A stretch of 64,000 bases of DNA from Nageia nagi. Lineage: Eukaryota > Plantae > Pinophyta. The stretch spans positions 172,484,001 through 172,548,000 of the forward strand of contig JBITNC010000001.1 in NCBI GenBank assembly GCA_050084985.1, written 5' to 3'. Numbering within the stretch: the first letter of the stretch is position 1; each line of letters starts with the position of its first letter. Both the position numbers and the translations under genes were made by a program. Below, piece by piece: positions 27,314 through 41,203 of this stretch. The notes beneath the pieces were generated by a model that was given only the letters and a program-made list of their open reading frames with translations, was not told where the DNA came from and did not search any database.

Positions 27314-28289
27314 TGTATTATATTGTTGGCTAGTTATAAATACATTGGTTCATCTTTTTTTATTAATATATTCGAGCTATGACCTTATTTTTTTAGATGT
27401 GTAATATGTGATTTTGATTTTAAGTTTTTAATTTAAAAGTGATGTAATGAATTTTGATTTTTAATTATATGTTATTATGTATGAGGAAAAGATGGCATGG
27501 ACTAGTGGTGGCACTAAAGAACTTAGATATATATAGAAAAACTAAAAAGAGCCCAAAGTGAGTTTTGGTCTTTTTGAGGGATAATGTGTTCAAGTTGTGT
27601 TTTAACTACCCATGGTTACAAATACGGTTAGAATTTTATAATGTGACCATAGAAACAAACCTAATGATAAAAATGAACCTAATACAAGATCCCAAAGGGA
27701 CATCATGTTTAAAATAATGTAACAGTTAAGAAGTGAAAAAAATATGGATTGTATTAGAAAATATCCAAGGAACCCAGTGCAGGTGTAGGCCTAAAAAATG
27801 AGAAACATATTTGGATATGGCCTCTTTATCACCAATATGGTCTCCCCCAAATATTTGGATGAAAACAAAGCATGATAGATAGAAAAACATCAAGTGTTCA
27901 TGAGTTAAAATATTATCAAGATGTACATGGTTTAGTTTTTCTTGTTTAAGTACAAAGAGACTTCTCAAGACATTAAGGGTTATCATTATGAATATGTGGG
28001 TGGACTCATTGCATTGATGATTTTTGGTGATTATGAGGGAATACTAGCATGCATGTTAGTATCAATGTTAGAACTAGGTTACAAATGGAATAGGGGATTT
28101 TTGGTTAATTATTTACATATGCCCATAGTGTGGATGAGGTATAGGATAGAGATATTACATCCTAGCATGTACGAGAGGTTCTAAGGGATGTTTGATCACA
28201 AAAATAAAATAAAGATACCTATGCTACCATATATATAAGAGTACTATAAATGACAAGAGCAAGAATAACAATGTGTACCTTTTTATTGT

Positions 28290-29610
28290 GCTAAGGTAAG
28301 ATTACCCATAAAATTGTTTCTTGCATTCGGTGACTTGGATTTGACAAAATTAAGGAATAGATTGTTGAAGATTCCCATGTTATTTTTCTTCTCATGTTGA
28401 GGTTATCATAATTGCTTTGGTAATCATTTAATTTAGTATCTTTAGGTTTTGGAAAAGATACTTTATTTTGATCAATCAATTCCAAAATCCTGTTGAGTAG
28501 TGATACACAATATTTTATCACATCTCATTGTTTATGATATTCACAAAACTTATATGACTTACACTCACTTGAAACACCAGTTGTAAAGGATTTTTGAGTA
28601 GTATATTTAGGTGGTGTAACTAACAACATTATCTTGATCAAGGATTTTGTGACTTCATCAATATCATCATGTATAGGTGTTAATTTTTGTCTAAGAAACT
28701 TTTGACACTTTGTATAAAATAATTTCTCATCTTTATAAATCTTTCTAGCTTTATTTGTTGCTATTATTTATTGTTGTATTGATTCCACTTTAGTTACTAC
28801 TGGTGATTCTTTTGATTGTTATTTTTTATACCGATGTTGAGGTTGTGAAGGTGACTTATCCCATTTCTATTTTGACTCTAATTTCCATTTTCCATATCTA
28901 AGATGAAACCTTTCTTTTTCTAACAATTCTTGAAGGAACTCATCAAGAGGTAACTTGTGGTAATCAAAATAGTTTACCTTATACTTTTTTTAAGAGCCTC
29001 AATGAATGTCATGATTTTCATATTATCATCTTCATGAACCTAATTTGCCTTTTTATTCCAATAACTAATAAATGAATCAATGGAATACCCTTCTCATTTC
29101 TTTATTTTCATTAAATCTCTCCTTTTTTACGATGTGAATCTGATAATGATCACAAAATACAATCTTTTATTGTTCAAAGTTATCAATACTAGCATGTGGT
29201 AACTTGCTAAACCCTTTTGTAGTATATACTTTTAGACACAAGGTGAATAATTTTGCATACAGGTCATCATCCATAATGATTAAGGATACTTCATCAAAGA
29301 AAATACATAAATGAATACATGGATTTGTAGTACCATCAAACTTTGTGAACTTCAAATCTTTGCTAGAATAGAATATCGTGTATCTAATTCTCGTGTAAAA
29401 GGGATTATTTTATTCATTTCACTGAGAATTAAGACCTTGGTATTTTTCTATTTTCAAGAGTCTTTGTTGTAGATTATCAACTATTTTTTTGTCTTCAATA
29501 TTTTTCACTTGCAACATTATTTTCAAAGCTCCACTTTTATCATTTTTTTCTCTAATGATATTGTGCAAAGTTGTTGAAACTAACCATTCTCTATCGATAT
29601 GAGGCATCAA
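28290..29610 (-). pseudogene. Retrotransposon gag (capsid + zinc knuckle) of E4, disrupted
   Basis: KFDGTTNPCIHL...LYAKLFTLCL...LPHASIDNFEQ; FCEYH...IKYCVSLLNRILELIDQNKV. Confidence 0.75.
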
Positions 29611-32087
29611 TATAATGTGCTCTCGGTTACTCTTTAGTGATTCTACATATTTGATATCATTTTCTACTTGATTCCATCCAAAAATAAGCTACATAGCTTA
29701 GGAAAGTAATCTATCAACTTCTTCTTCTTGATATTGTTATTCATCTTGTATTGTGATAGGACATCAAACTAATTACTTATTCTTAGGTTGAAATAATCTT
29801 ATTTTGCTTATATAATTAGTTTTAAATTTTTGAATCAACCACTTATAATATGATATTTTGTATGGTATACTCATGTTTCCAATTGCAAGCTCATCTATTG
29901 AATGAAGAAATTTAGATTTTATTTTGTTATCTTCTTCTAACCAATTTGGATATGGCATATCAACCTCTTAAAGAATTTTGTTAATCTCTTCATATTTTAT
30001 AGGGTCTTCTTGATCACACTCATCTTCAATGAATATATATGTATCCTCATCAAATTCTTCAACTTGTTCATCATGTTTATTTTGTTCATATTGTATAAGT
30101 ATATATTCAATATTGGTTGTTGGGATTAGGTTATCAGCATGAGCTTCTTGATGAACAAAATATTGCAATGTAGTAGTTTGAGTAATACTTTTGATAACAT
30201 TATGAATTATACTGATAATCTCTTATTGAATTCATGTCTCTATATCTAGAATAGAGATAATCAGAGGAATTGGAACCACTATTTTTGGATGAGGCTCAAC
30301 ATTTGTGATAAAATTAGTGTCAATGCTAACATGAGTGTTCATGCTAGGATTAGGGAGAATAAATGGGTGAATATTCAGCATAGGCATAGACCTATTTATG
30401 AGATATCCTATATTCATATTTCCTGTTGTAAGATTCATATCATTAAGAGGCATACATTCCTTGTATATGTTAGAATGCCATAACTTTTTTTGCTTTACCA
30501 CTTCTTCATCTTCAAGTGGATCAACTGCATAAGCTTTTTCCTCAATTGGTAGCCCATTAAGAAGCTTTATGAATTTGTGTTTATTTTATTTTGAACTCAT
30601 GATTTTTTTGAATACTTCATCATCACTCAATCATGCAATGATCTCTTCTTTGATTGTAAGAGGAAGTTGTTGATTTGATTGGGTCTGATATCCATCATTG
30701 TCAAAATGAACCCTCTAATTTACTATCTTTGTTGAACTATCAGATCTTTCTATGAAACTCTCTTTATCTAAAGTACTTTCACTTCTTCATTGAACCACCT
30801 TTTGTCTACCAATATTTCTTCATTTAGAAGCTTTATTAGCTATAGGGTTAGTGGAAATATTTGCATTTTCATTGCTAGTAACAAAAAATGCTTTTGACAT
30901 ATAATTTGTGAATAAAACCCTTAATAGGTTTGACATTATGGTAGAATTTAAAATGGAGGATTTGAAGCACTTTTATTTTAACCATAATTAAGATAAAGAA
31001 AATGCCATAATTGGGTAGGTGCCAATATGTTGATATGTATTTTGGTGCACCTAAGATTTTGGCCTAAATGAACTAAATACATATAAACATTTAAGTATGT
31101 AATATCTAAGCTATTTAACTCAAATAAACATAAATTAATAACAAGAAAATAAGGAAATTGTTGATTCACACAATAGCAAATTTAAATCTTGAGATTGATA
31201 ATTATCTAACTATGGTAGCATGTGAAAGGATGGTATGAACAAGAACCAATGGAGAAAGCTGATAACCCGTAACCCATAGTTCTTTTCTCATCTACAAGAG
31301 AAAATTTGTGATAATTTTTATCTCAAATGTAACTCTATTGAATATTTATCATCATGTATATACAAGTTTTGGGGCCTTGTTTTCTAGAAAACCCGCTCTT
31401 CTTTTTTACCCTTACCCAAAAAAAATAAGAAAATAAGAAAATATGACAATGTAATTACATAATTATGATTTATATTGATGTCAAGATATAATATGGATGC
31501 ACACACTAAAGAGATGAAATCAAGTGTAAGATAAATACATGTGTATCCTTACATGTGTTGAAGTTGAATTTATGCAGGATTTGAACTTATCAATGAGAGG
31601 TGATCTTGATGTGGGAACCCCAAAGCTAAAGTAGAAAGGATCCCATCATGGGCACTAGGTCTCAAGATCTCAACATGGGACCGCACTTCAGTGAAGGTGC
31701 TAGCATCAATTTCAAGGGAATGACATCCGCCAACAAGGATCAATAGTAGCAAGTGTGTGGAAAAGTCAAACCAAGCATATGATCGCAAATATTGATGACA
31801 GATATTTTCTTAAGTGATTACAAGATTCCAATATCAATAAGAAATGTTTAGAAACACCCAAGTGTAACCAACTATCAAGATGTAATCTTTACATGCTTTC
31901 CCTGGGTTAGAGATACTTACATTTATATCAAGCATGATATCACCATTTGACCCTTTGTAAGAAGGTTAAAATCACTTCGACATGTCTAACATAAAAATAA
32001 GAACACAACCTAAGAAATATATGATAATAAGGTACAATATGATTGAAATATGATAAATTATGATAAGACCACTTTTAGGTGTCAACA

Positions 32088-33480
32088 ATAAGATTAGTTT
32101 AGTAGTATTTAGTTAGATCTAGAAGTTTCTCTCTAAGTTGGCTTTTTATTTTTCCTAATAGCATACACATTAGGAAGGTAGTATGTATAACTATAATTTC
32201 AAAACATTATCAAGTCCTTTGGTTCAAGAGAAAACACCTTTGAGTTGCTGGCATCAAGAAAAATCTTATAACTCACACATAGGAGAGTTAACACCCAAAT
32301 AAAGTACCTTTCATTTTGTACATGTTTTCTAAGGTAGTTAGTCATCAAGAAAAAAGTCAAAAGTTCATAAATGAAGAATTATCAATAATAAATTCTTTCA
32401 AGCAATTCCAAGGCTAGAATTCTTCATAAAAAAGCATGGAAGCTAATGGTATTGTTAGCGTATGTTTACGAGTAATTTCATATTTGCATGTCTTCTTTAG
32501 AAGGTAAGTGCATGTATTATTTTCCAACTCTTATATGTCATCATATTTCATTTCTATCCTTCTTGCTAGTACCTAGGGAAAAGGATACCCGCAATGATGA
32601 AAATAATTATGATGATCACTATCTTTGTGTCTTGGTTGGTTGGGTTTCTTTAAATTAACCATCACTATCTATGAATGGGGCATTATATGTTAACAAGATG
32701 ACCTATAAGTCTATGAATGGAGCATAAAATATTTTTGTGATGATACATTTATTTTTTCTTTATATTATATTAATTTCATCTTTGCTCTTTCTAATGATGT
32801 AACTGTTGATACTTAATTTTTATACTTAATATCATAAATTAATTTCCATATTACTTGATTGGAAATATCATCTATTTTAATTTTATATCTCATATTATTG
32901 TCATTAAAGCCAACATGTATGCCTTTCTCATGTTGTTTCCCTTTTTAGAATGCAAGGACCCTATCATTGGTGCTCTCTTATATGTGTGCATTATGGTGGT
33001 TTTTGTTCTTATAAAAGGAGGTAAGATAACATAAGGAGACTATTAGATTCTCATCTTTATAGTCACACTCAAATACCAAAAAAGGTAAGATGTCTCTAAA
33101 TACTACCTATCAAAATTGGATTTGTTATCACACAAGCATATGTTATTCATCTTTCATTCTATACTAGATTAGGTTTATCGCACCTTCTATACTAGTAGGA
33201 ATCTAAATTGTCAAAGTTAACCTTCAGGGAGAATAGCATCGATGCTATTTGTGGCATCTTTTTTTTCCTTGGGCATTTTCATTACTCTACAGTTCCATCC
33301 TTACTATTGAGTCTTGCTCTCCAAGAATTCACCTCCATGATAAGTTAGGTCTGAGCATATGAACAGTTGTCCAGGTAAGGTAACAAGTATTTCTCTCATG
33401 ATCGCTCTCTCATATATTGTGAATTTGATCCAATGGTATAAGTATTATTATTATTGATTTACATTTTTGTAATACTTTAG
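32088..33480 (+). mobile_element. Continuation of E3 (3'UTR repeats and probable partial LTR)
   Basis: Shares the 3'UTR motifs TTGGTTGGGTTT...AA..AAC and CTATGAATGG(G/A)GCAT with E2 (19750-20160) and E4 (23790-24110, reverse); later sequence loosely resembles the E2 LTR. Confidence 0.5.
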
Positions 33481-35257
33481 ATTATTTTATATTATCCATA
33501 TATATTAGTTATTTCACAAGCTATAGAAGTTCATTCAATAGCAATATCCCATATTTTAAGTAGATGTTTATGCACAATTAATTATAGAATGTTAATTTTA
33601 AGTATATAAAATCTCCATCATATTCTAAATTAAAAATGTCATTTGTATGATCATAGTTCTTATATATATTTTCTATTTTAATTAGATTTTGATTTTTAGA
33701 AATTTGTGGAAGTTATCTTCTTTGTACTAACCTTGCACTTATTAGATCTAAGTTTTGGACTAAATTGATAGTTTATAGGATGCAAAGGTAATACAAATAA
33801 TTTTGAAAAATCCATCAAATAAATTCAAACTAGACATTATGAATTACTATCTAGGGTAAATCTCAATATAATGAAGACAAACACATAAAAATAACTAAGG
33901 AAAGTTAAGTTCACCAAAATATGTAACAAAAGAAAAATGAATAAGGTATAAATAATTGCCCTAATTTCTTTTTTATATGACTGAAAAAATAACAACATAA
34001 AATGATATATCATATAAACAATAATGATAAGTAATAAATATAAGTAAGACACATACTAAAATGAAAAGGAAGGGTTAAGGAACTTAGCTAGAGTAGGGAG
34101 ATCCATGAGCCTATCGATAGATAGATTCTACCTTGGAGGGTGAATCTTATGATCATTAGACTTTAATAATGAACTGATGATAAGGGTTGATCATATCTTA
34201 CCATTGGATTACTAGATGATGAACCAAGATGTCATAAGTATCTTCAAATGGGACATATGCATGAGCTGAGATGGTTGATCACCTTCATTCAAAATATGGT
34301 GATATTAAGGGGAAAGCTTCATTGGGTTAATGTTGAATGTATACAATTATCTATAATGTCATGTAGGATTGAATGTTGTAGGAACAATAATTGATTTGTA
34401 GATCAATATGATATTGTTATCTCATGATACTTCTTATCTACATATTTGAAATGGTAGGTTTTTATAGGAAAATATTATTTTTTAAGTGGCATTAGCCTAC
34501 ATGTACATTTGAAACAATATTAACAGATAATATAGAATAACACTAAGGCTTATTTTATCCCTTCAAGGATATGCACATATTCTCTAGATACATGTATTAA
34601 GTAAACCCTTAATTAATAAATAAAAATAATTTTTAATTATCTACAAATATCACAATTACTTATGGAATGATATAGTTCTTTCAAGAATGCAATGGTAGTC
34701 TTCATTAAGCTAGTGAAAAATCTTTATGACTTATGTAGGTAAGAAGACAAGCTAGTAGTTTATGCATAATAAGTACTTGGTAGGAAGACAAAGGTACATG
34801 TTATATATGTTGACATGTAAATAAGATTATCAAAATAGATGGCAAATAATATTCGTATTAGCTCTTGATGATTGTTATGACCCCATAACATGTATTAGGA
34901 ATAGTACTTGTGTTTAGTCCCATATGCACTATGCATTGGGTTACTTATGTTGTAAAAACTATTTATAGGGGGCTTCCCTATTATTATGATAAGAGAAGAA
35001 GAATGAGTTAAGTTTTATGTGAGAAGTGATTCTCAAGGAGGTGCCCCCCTCAAAGCGGCACAAGCGATTCATTAGTGTAGGATTAGTGTATTTTAAGAGG
35101 AGTAAGACACAATCCATTTATGGTCCATTAGGATCATACCAATGATTATGTATTTGTTATATTTAAATAAGATGCTTTTATAGTCTAAATGTCTAAAACA
35201 TGTTTGAATTATGAATATTCACTCTAAGAGAGTCGGATCACAAATTAGGCAATTACA

Positions 35258-35830
35258 TTTTTTTTTATTAATGGGTAAATTTTTTATTAATCAAAAAGTG
35301 AAGTTTATAAGGGACTTCATGAACCTTTACAAATAGCAATCCATAAATAAAACATAACTCTATAAGTTGCATTCTTTATCCTACTACTACTACTATATGG
35401 TTGCCTTAACTTAGAATAAGCATAAAACAACATCGAGAATAAAATACTGTAAGAGAGACCCAATTAATGTGCATTCTATGTCTTTAAATACCTTGCCACC
35501 CCTTTAAAACTGGGTACATTGATACCATCCCTTTAACATACTATAGTCTGCAAAGTAATCAATGTAAACAAACGAGCAATAAACAACACTCTTATTCCTA
35601 CTAGCTACACCATTTCTTTGTATCCAAACTTGTAAAAGCAGGTATAAGTCCACTTGAGGAGGATCTCCTTCAATCCTGAGTTCTCGCTCATCTCCTCGTA
35701 CTTATCACTTCTAGCTCCTTGTCTTAGTCTTGCCTCTTCCAGCATCTCCTTGTGTAATTTTGGGCTTCTAACTTTCTTGAACCCTTCTGATGGTTATGTA
35801 TCTATGATATTTGATGTGTCCAATTCTGAC
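35258..35830 (-). mobile_element. Probable 5'-truncated LINE 3' end
   Basis: Minus strand shows purine-rich ORF-like sequence, a short UTR, TTAATAAAAA signals and an A-tail at 35258-35266; less deaminated than neighbours. No diagnostic domain was recognised. Confidence 0.4.
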
Positions 35831-35859
35831 TCTTATAGTAAGTCCTAAATTATTCAATA

Positions 35860-36400
35860 ACATGAATTCTTCTTTCTTCATGTTTGTCTAATTATTGAAA
35901 TATATCTTTTATGCATATCCTTAAGGAAATGATCTCTAGCTCTAAAGACATAATTGATTCATCTTCATAAACTAATGAATAGAATATTGGATCAATTGAA
36001 TATATGATTCCTATTTTATAAGCCCATAATGTTGTGCATAACAATGGATTATGCTAATCATCTCCATGTTTATTCCCTATTTTAGAAAGGATTTTGATCA
36101 ATATCTTATTTGTTGTTTCTACTTGGCTATTTCCTTATGTGTAGTATGGAATTGGTGCCTTATATTGAATATGAAATTTTCTCCTTTACTTCTTATTCGA
36201 ATTCCTTCATTTTCTAAAATAATTGTTGAGGCTAATATTAACTTGTGATGATATGATTCATGATTAAATTAATAGTATCTTCCACTTCAGTTAAAGTGAG
36301 TGGATCTTCTTAAGCTTAATTAGTGAAGTATTTTATAGTTATTATGATAACATTATGTTCCTTACGAAGTGTTGGATTAATTAGACTTATTAACTCAAGA
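35860..36400 (-). mobile_element. Decayed Tat-type gypsy integrase fragment
   Basis: Minus translation includes GNSQVETTNKILIKILSK, TLWAY and YSLVYEDESIMSLELEIISLR. Confidence 0.65.
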
Positions 36401-38250
36401 TCTCAACTCTTGGAAGGGAGTGTAACTCAAATTTGTTTGTTGGTATTGCTTACATATTTTATATATTTGTAATAATACTATTCCATCCTTGACCAATATT
36501 AGCCCAATATAATTATTTTTTTGTTAATGGATTGCCACTTAAAACACTTTATAAACTCCACCATGACCTTGTTCAAGAGCTATGAGAATCTTATCTTAAA
36601 TAAGATATTTAAGAAAGATACACCCAAAATATACTTTAAAGAGAATATCAATAATTATTACATATCCCATAGACATTTTATTTGATTTTATTTTATCATT
36701 TCCACATAAGTGTGGTGGAAAAATTGCTTTTTCCAAATATCTATAAATACTGAAATGACCATTTTAGCCTAATATTTGTAGTCTCAACTAAAAAGGAACT
36801 TAAAGGTTCATACAAGATTACTCACTAAAGAATGTGTATAACTCTTTTACATTAACTATTATTTATTTATTACTTACTAAAGAATATGTATAACTCCTTT
36901 ACTCACTAAATAATGTGTATAATGTCTTTACATTAACTCCTTTACAAGTCATAACATTTGCAATTCTATTATTATTTAATGGAATGTTGGCTATTTCAAA
37001 ATAATGAAAATTTGGAATAGTTTATCCATCATCTCTTTGTAATGAACAAACTTGTCATATTTTAGTTTAATAGATGCCTTTCACATAGTTTACTACAAGT
37101 TTGGAATCTTTAAAGATTTTGATCTTCCTCATTTTTAACATTATAGTTTACTTTAGTCCCAAGATATGTCTATGTAATGGATTTAAAAGATTTCTACAAA
37201 ATAGTTTTAAATATCAAAATCAAACTATTAGAAAATTAGACACATATTTCTCTAAATGAAATCCACTATAATTTCATTACATTTTTGTTTAGTTGCAAGC
37301 AAATTAGTAATGTCAACATTACCCTAATATTAATTTTAAAATAAGCCCACAAGGCTTGACCTATAGGTGGAAATGTTCAATTTGGGCATCGAGATTAGGC
37401 TTGAGTTTTGGGGCTCATGGAATCGAGGGTGTATCACACCAACTCTCTCAAACACACAAACAATTTAATGAAAGTTATAGTGAAAATAAGGAACATGATT
37501 CAAATCCAGGAAAAAGCATCTAAAAATGTAATGAATTGACTATTTCCCTCGATTTAATAAAAAATATTAATTTTAAAATGGTATATAATTATTTTCGCAA
37601 AAAATTAAAAAATACTAATAAAAAATGACATAATTTATAGAACTATTCAAAGGCATACTCCATAAGACAAGAAGAGTTTTTTCAATATTTCATCATACAT
37701 TAAAAGTTACTAAGGATTTTAAAACTTGAATGTGGAGAATACAATCTTCCTTCTCCTTACATTTTGAAAATTTAAAATACTAAGGTCAAAGGGTTGAAGA
37801 TGGGAGAAGTTTATCCTACCTTCAAAACAATCCCTAACACATCTAACATGTTTGATGTATATAGTCAGAAAAAAAATTCCAACGGTTTAATCGTCTAGCT
37901 GTTATACCAGTAAAATCGCCTTGTTCGCAAGAGGCAAAAGGTCTTGATGAGTTTCGAATTCAGATTTGCAAGGTGAAATTCTAATATTTTTACCATTATA
38001 CCACAACATCGATGATAAAATAGATAGCAAACGAGTTAAACTTATATTTTTTAAAAAAAATTAAAGATAATCGCTTTATGATTATCGATGATTATCTTTA
38101 AAAAAAATTAAAATATATATAATTGTGTAACGATTATTCTACCGAAAATTACTGAATCCCACCAGTATTGATCGACCGACGTCTTAATTTGGCAGTAAAA
38201 AGCATACGTCTGAAGAGACATTTTGAAAGTAAGATAAGTTTCTCCAGCGA

Positions 38251-38503
38251 AGATAATGCACCATAGTCAAAGCAACGGCTTTTAGAAGTGGTTAAATTCT
38301 TTGAACTATCTTATTTAATGTTGATGTTTTTTAAAAATAAAATGGATGTCTATGAGAATAACAAATAAAGAGTTTAGAAAGATGGTGCACCATAGTCAAA
38401 GCAACGGTTTTTAGGAGTGGCTAAATTCTTTAATCTTATTTCATGTTGATATTTTTGATTAAAGAAATGGATGTCAATGAGAATTACAAATAAAGAGTTT
38501 ACA
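38251..38503. repeat. ~128-bp tandem duplication
   Basis: TGCACCATAGTCAAAGCAACGG...ACAAATAAAGAGTTTA occurs twice. Confidence 0.9.
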
Positions 38504-40207
38504 AGTTTGATAACATTAATGAATAAAATAAATGTTTGTAATGTTTTTGACAAGCACATGTAAGAATAGGATAATAATCCATTGTAACGACTTGTATAAC
38601 CATTATATTTTATAATGGATACTAGGATGGTTGAATAGGTGGATGGGATTATGATAAAGCATAGACGAGCATTGATTGGTGTTAGCTGACTCGAGATTTG
38701 CTTAGCAAATTAAGGAAATGGGGTTCGTGAACATTTGTTGGCTTAAAGCTGATTAAGAAAATAGGTTTTGACGATAATCAAAACTCTGGAATAAAATGTT
38801 TTGCTAATTTGACATACCAAGGTCAATGCAAAAACACCCAAATTTTCTAAGGTCTTGATATATATATATATATTTTAAAAAAAAATATTTCTGAATTTCA
38901 AAATGATTTGCACAAATCAATTTCGATAATCTACCTAAACAACACAATATAGTATTATAATTGCAAGTAAAAGCATGTATAATGAAGATCAAGTGGAAAG
39001 TATATATCTGATATTGCTTGTTTAAGTTACTTATAATTTCATTTTTAAACAGAAAATACTAATAAAATCATAACCTAATGTAATAGAAACAAGAAGTACC
39101 TAAAGGCTTCGTTTGTGAGAGTCTATACAAACATCACAACAATATTCTGATGTTTTCTAGAACTGTTCAAAACTGTTACAGCCAGAACAACACAATTTCA
39201 AGAACATTACAACGATTTCAGAAACGCAATAGTGACCTTCGTGTAGTACTAAAGTAGGGTATGAAATATCTGCTTCTTAAAATTGTAGATAAAATACAGA
39301 CCAATACTTGTGCGAAAAAAATTTAATAAAAAGTGAAAAAAACATAATAAAGGTGTTGAACAAATGACCAAAAGTAAGGACAAGACCTCTGTAATGATTT
39401 CTGTATGTGTCTTTAAGTTTAAATTACATGCATTAAACTTCACTTGTTTTAATTTTTTGGTTAGTTTGAGGTCATTAAGTCCTACATGAAACCTACATCC
39501 TAGCTTATTGTTGGCGCCACACATCAATGGTGCCATTGCATGTAAATCCTTACATCGAATTTTCATTTGGTTCATGCTTTCTATTGCAATAAAAACATCG
39601 TTTGAGATTTGAATAGTTACAAAAAAAAAGTTAATGACCAAGCATGAGGACATCTCCCACACTGGAAATGAAATTAACCATTGCTTAAACCATATCATCA
39701 AAATTTACTTTAAATCTTATTTTGTAAATCGGTATGTAACATCCAGACAATATCCTACGAAGCAAACATTCTTCACACATCTCCCTAAATTTAATGTAAT
39801 TGCATAGCTACAGAACGGGCTAATCCTGGAGCCTCTTCAAAAACTGGTTCTTCCTCCACTAGAACAAGAGAAGGAACCCTTAGAAAACCAGTTCTACCTC
39901 CACATGAACCAAGTGTATTGGGTGCAAAAAGCTACAGTATCTCACAAGAACGAAGATAAAAAGTAGCATCATTTGTGGAATTCGTGGACATGTACAAGTG
40001 TGCTTTAATACTAAAAATATATATTATAAACATGATGTTATTAGTTACGAAGCTTTAATTGTCTTATTCAGGTTTTGCACTAAATGCCTCTACATTAAAG
40101 ATTTGCATTCAAATGGATTATCTCCATTGTTGCCACCAATCAATCAGTCTCCTGCGTTCTAGATGTTTTCTGACATACATAATTCAAAGGGGTCTGAAAC
40201 TATTCAG

Positions 40208-40537
40208 AATCAATGGAATGATTTTATAATATGGTGAACAGCATTATAATGTTATACTCAGTAACACCCAAGTTAATCAAATGTAACGAGCCCATAACTA
40301 CCACACAACAAACAATGAAATGATTTTGAATATGGGGAACAGCAATATGATGTAATACTCGAGCGTATAGTAACACCCGATAACAAGTTTAATGTAACCA
40401 GCCCATAACTACCATACAAGTTTACAACAATCAACGGATTGATTTTAAATATGAGGTACAGCAATATGGTGTGATATATAGTAAAGTAGCAACCATATCA
40501 ATCAAATGTAACCAGCCCATAACTACCACACAACAAC
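40208..40537. repeat. ~105-120-bp tandem repeat (3 copies) downstream of the SPT6 stop
   Basis: AATGTAAC(C/G)AGCCCATAACTACCA at ~40280, 40391 and 40505. Confidence 0.85.
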
Positions 40538-41203
40538 GTGAAGGTTTAGCCAACAAAAAATCTGCCGTCTTTGAGATTCAAAATGAAATTATTCCCAGTA
40601 CCCACAAAATGAAATCAAATGCAGTGTTGCTCAAACAGGACTAAACCCTGGTACTAAAAAAACACACAAACCACACCAAGAAAGACCAGGTCTAACAGAA
40701 ACTGGACAGCATTACCAAATGAAGATGTCTTCTTTGTACAATCCAGTTCTCATCGCTGAAGCATTAGGCAAAACTGTAACTCACAAGGATGTCCACAAAT
40801 AATGCATAATATTACATCTGGGTCGAAAACATAATTCATAAAAGTTGGGCAGTGGAATTCTCTTATAAATTTGGTTAAATTTGTCTTGGGCCAAAAACCC
40901 ACAGAACATTACTCATAACAAGAAATTATATTTCTGACAACTGACAAGTACATAATGTAGAAACCAAATTTACATTAACCAAATTTTGATGTCTGACATT
41001 TGTTTTGAAACATCCACTTCAGCGGAACACAATGATAATCTTTCCAAAAAATTAAAGCATCGTAATAATAAATCAGCAAGACAAAACTCACTAGGTTCCA
41101 AGTTCTGGTAACCGTTACCTAACAAATTCAACTGAAGTGTTGTGACAGCATTAAAACATATTAAGCCAAAGCCTGCATGAGGTCATCTGTTTGACTACGA
41201 TTC

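Larger units (their letters stand above)
22556..32087 (-). mobile_element. Complete non-autonomous Tat-type element E4 (LTR-PBS-gag-[no pol]-antisense PMD ORF-PPT-LTR)
   Basis: LTRs 31028-32087 and 22556-23321 (TGTTGA...TCAACA); TSD ctaag/ataag; PBS-like TGGCACCTACC (31014-31024, minus); PPT AAAGGGGGG (~23326-23334, minus); gag KFTKFDGTTNPCIHL (29167-29355) and Zn-knuckle remnant (~28500-28550); no PR/RT/INT seen. Confidence 0.85.

Noticed and set aside
33500-35250. Possible additional LTR or TE fragments
   Set aside because: No termini, TSD or domain could be supported by eye.
39249-39701. 150-aa ORF downstream of SPT6
   Set aside because: No recognisable domain, AT-rich codon content and no supporting exon structure.
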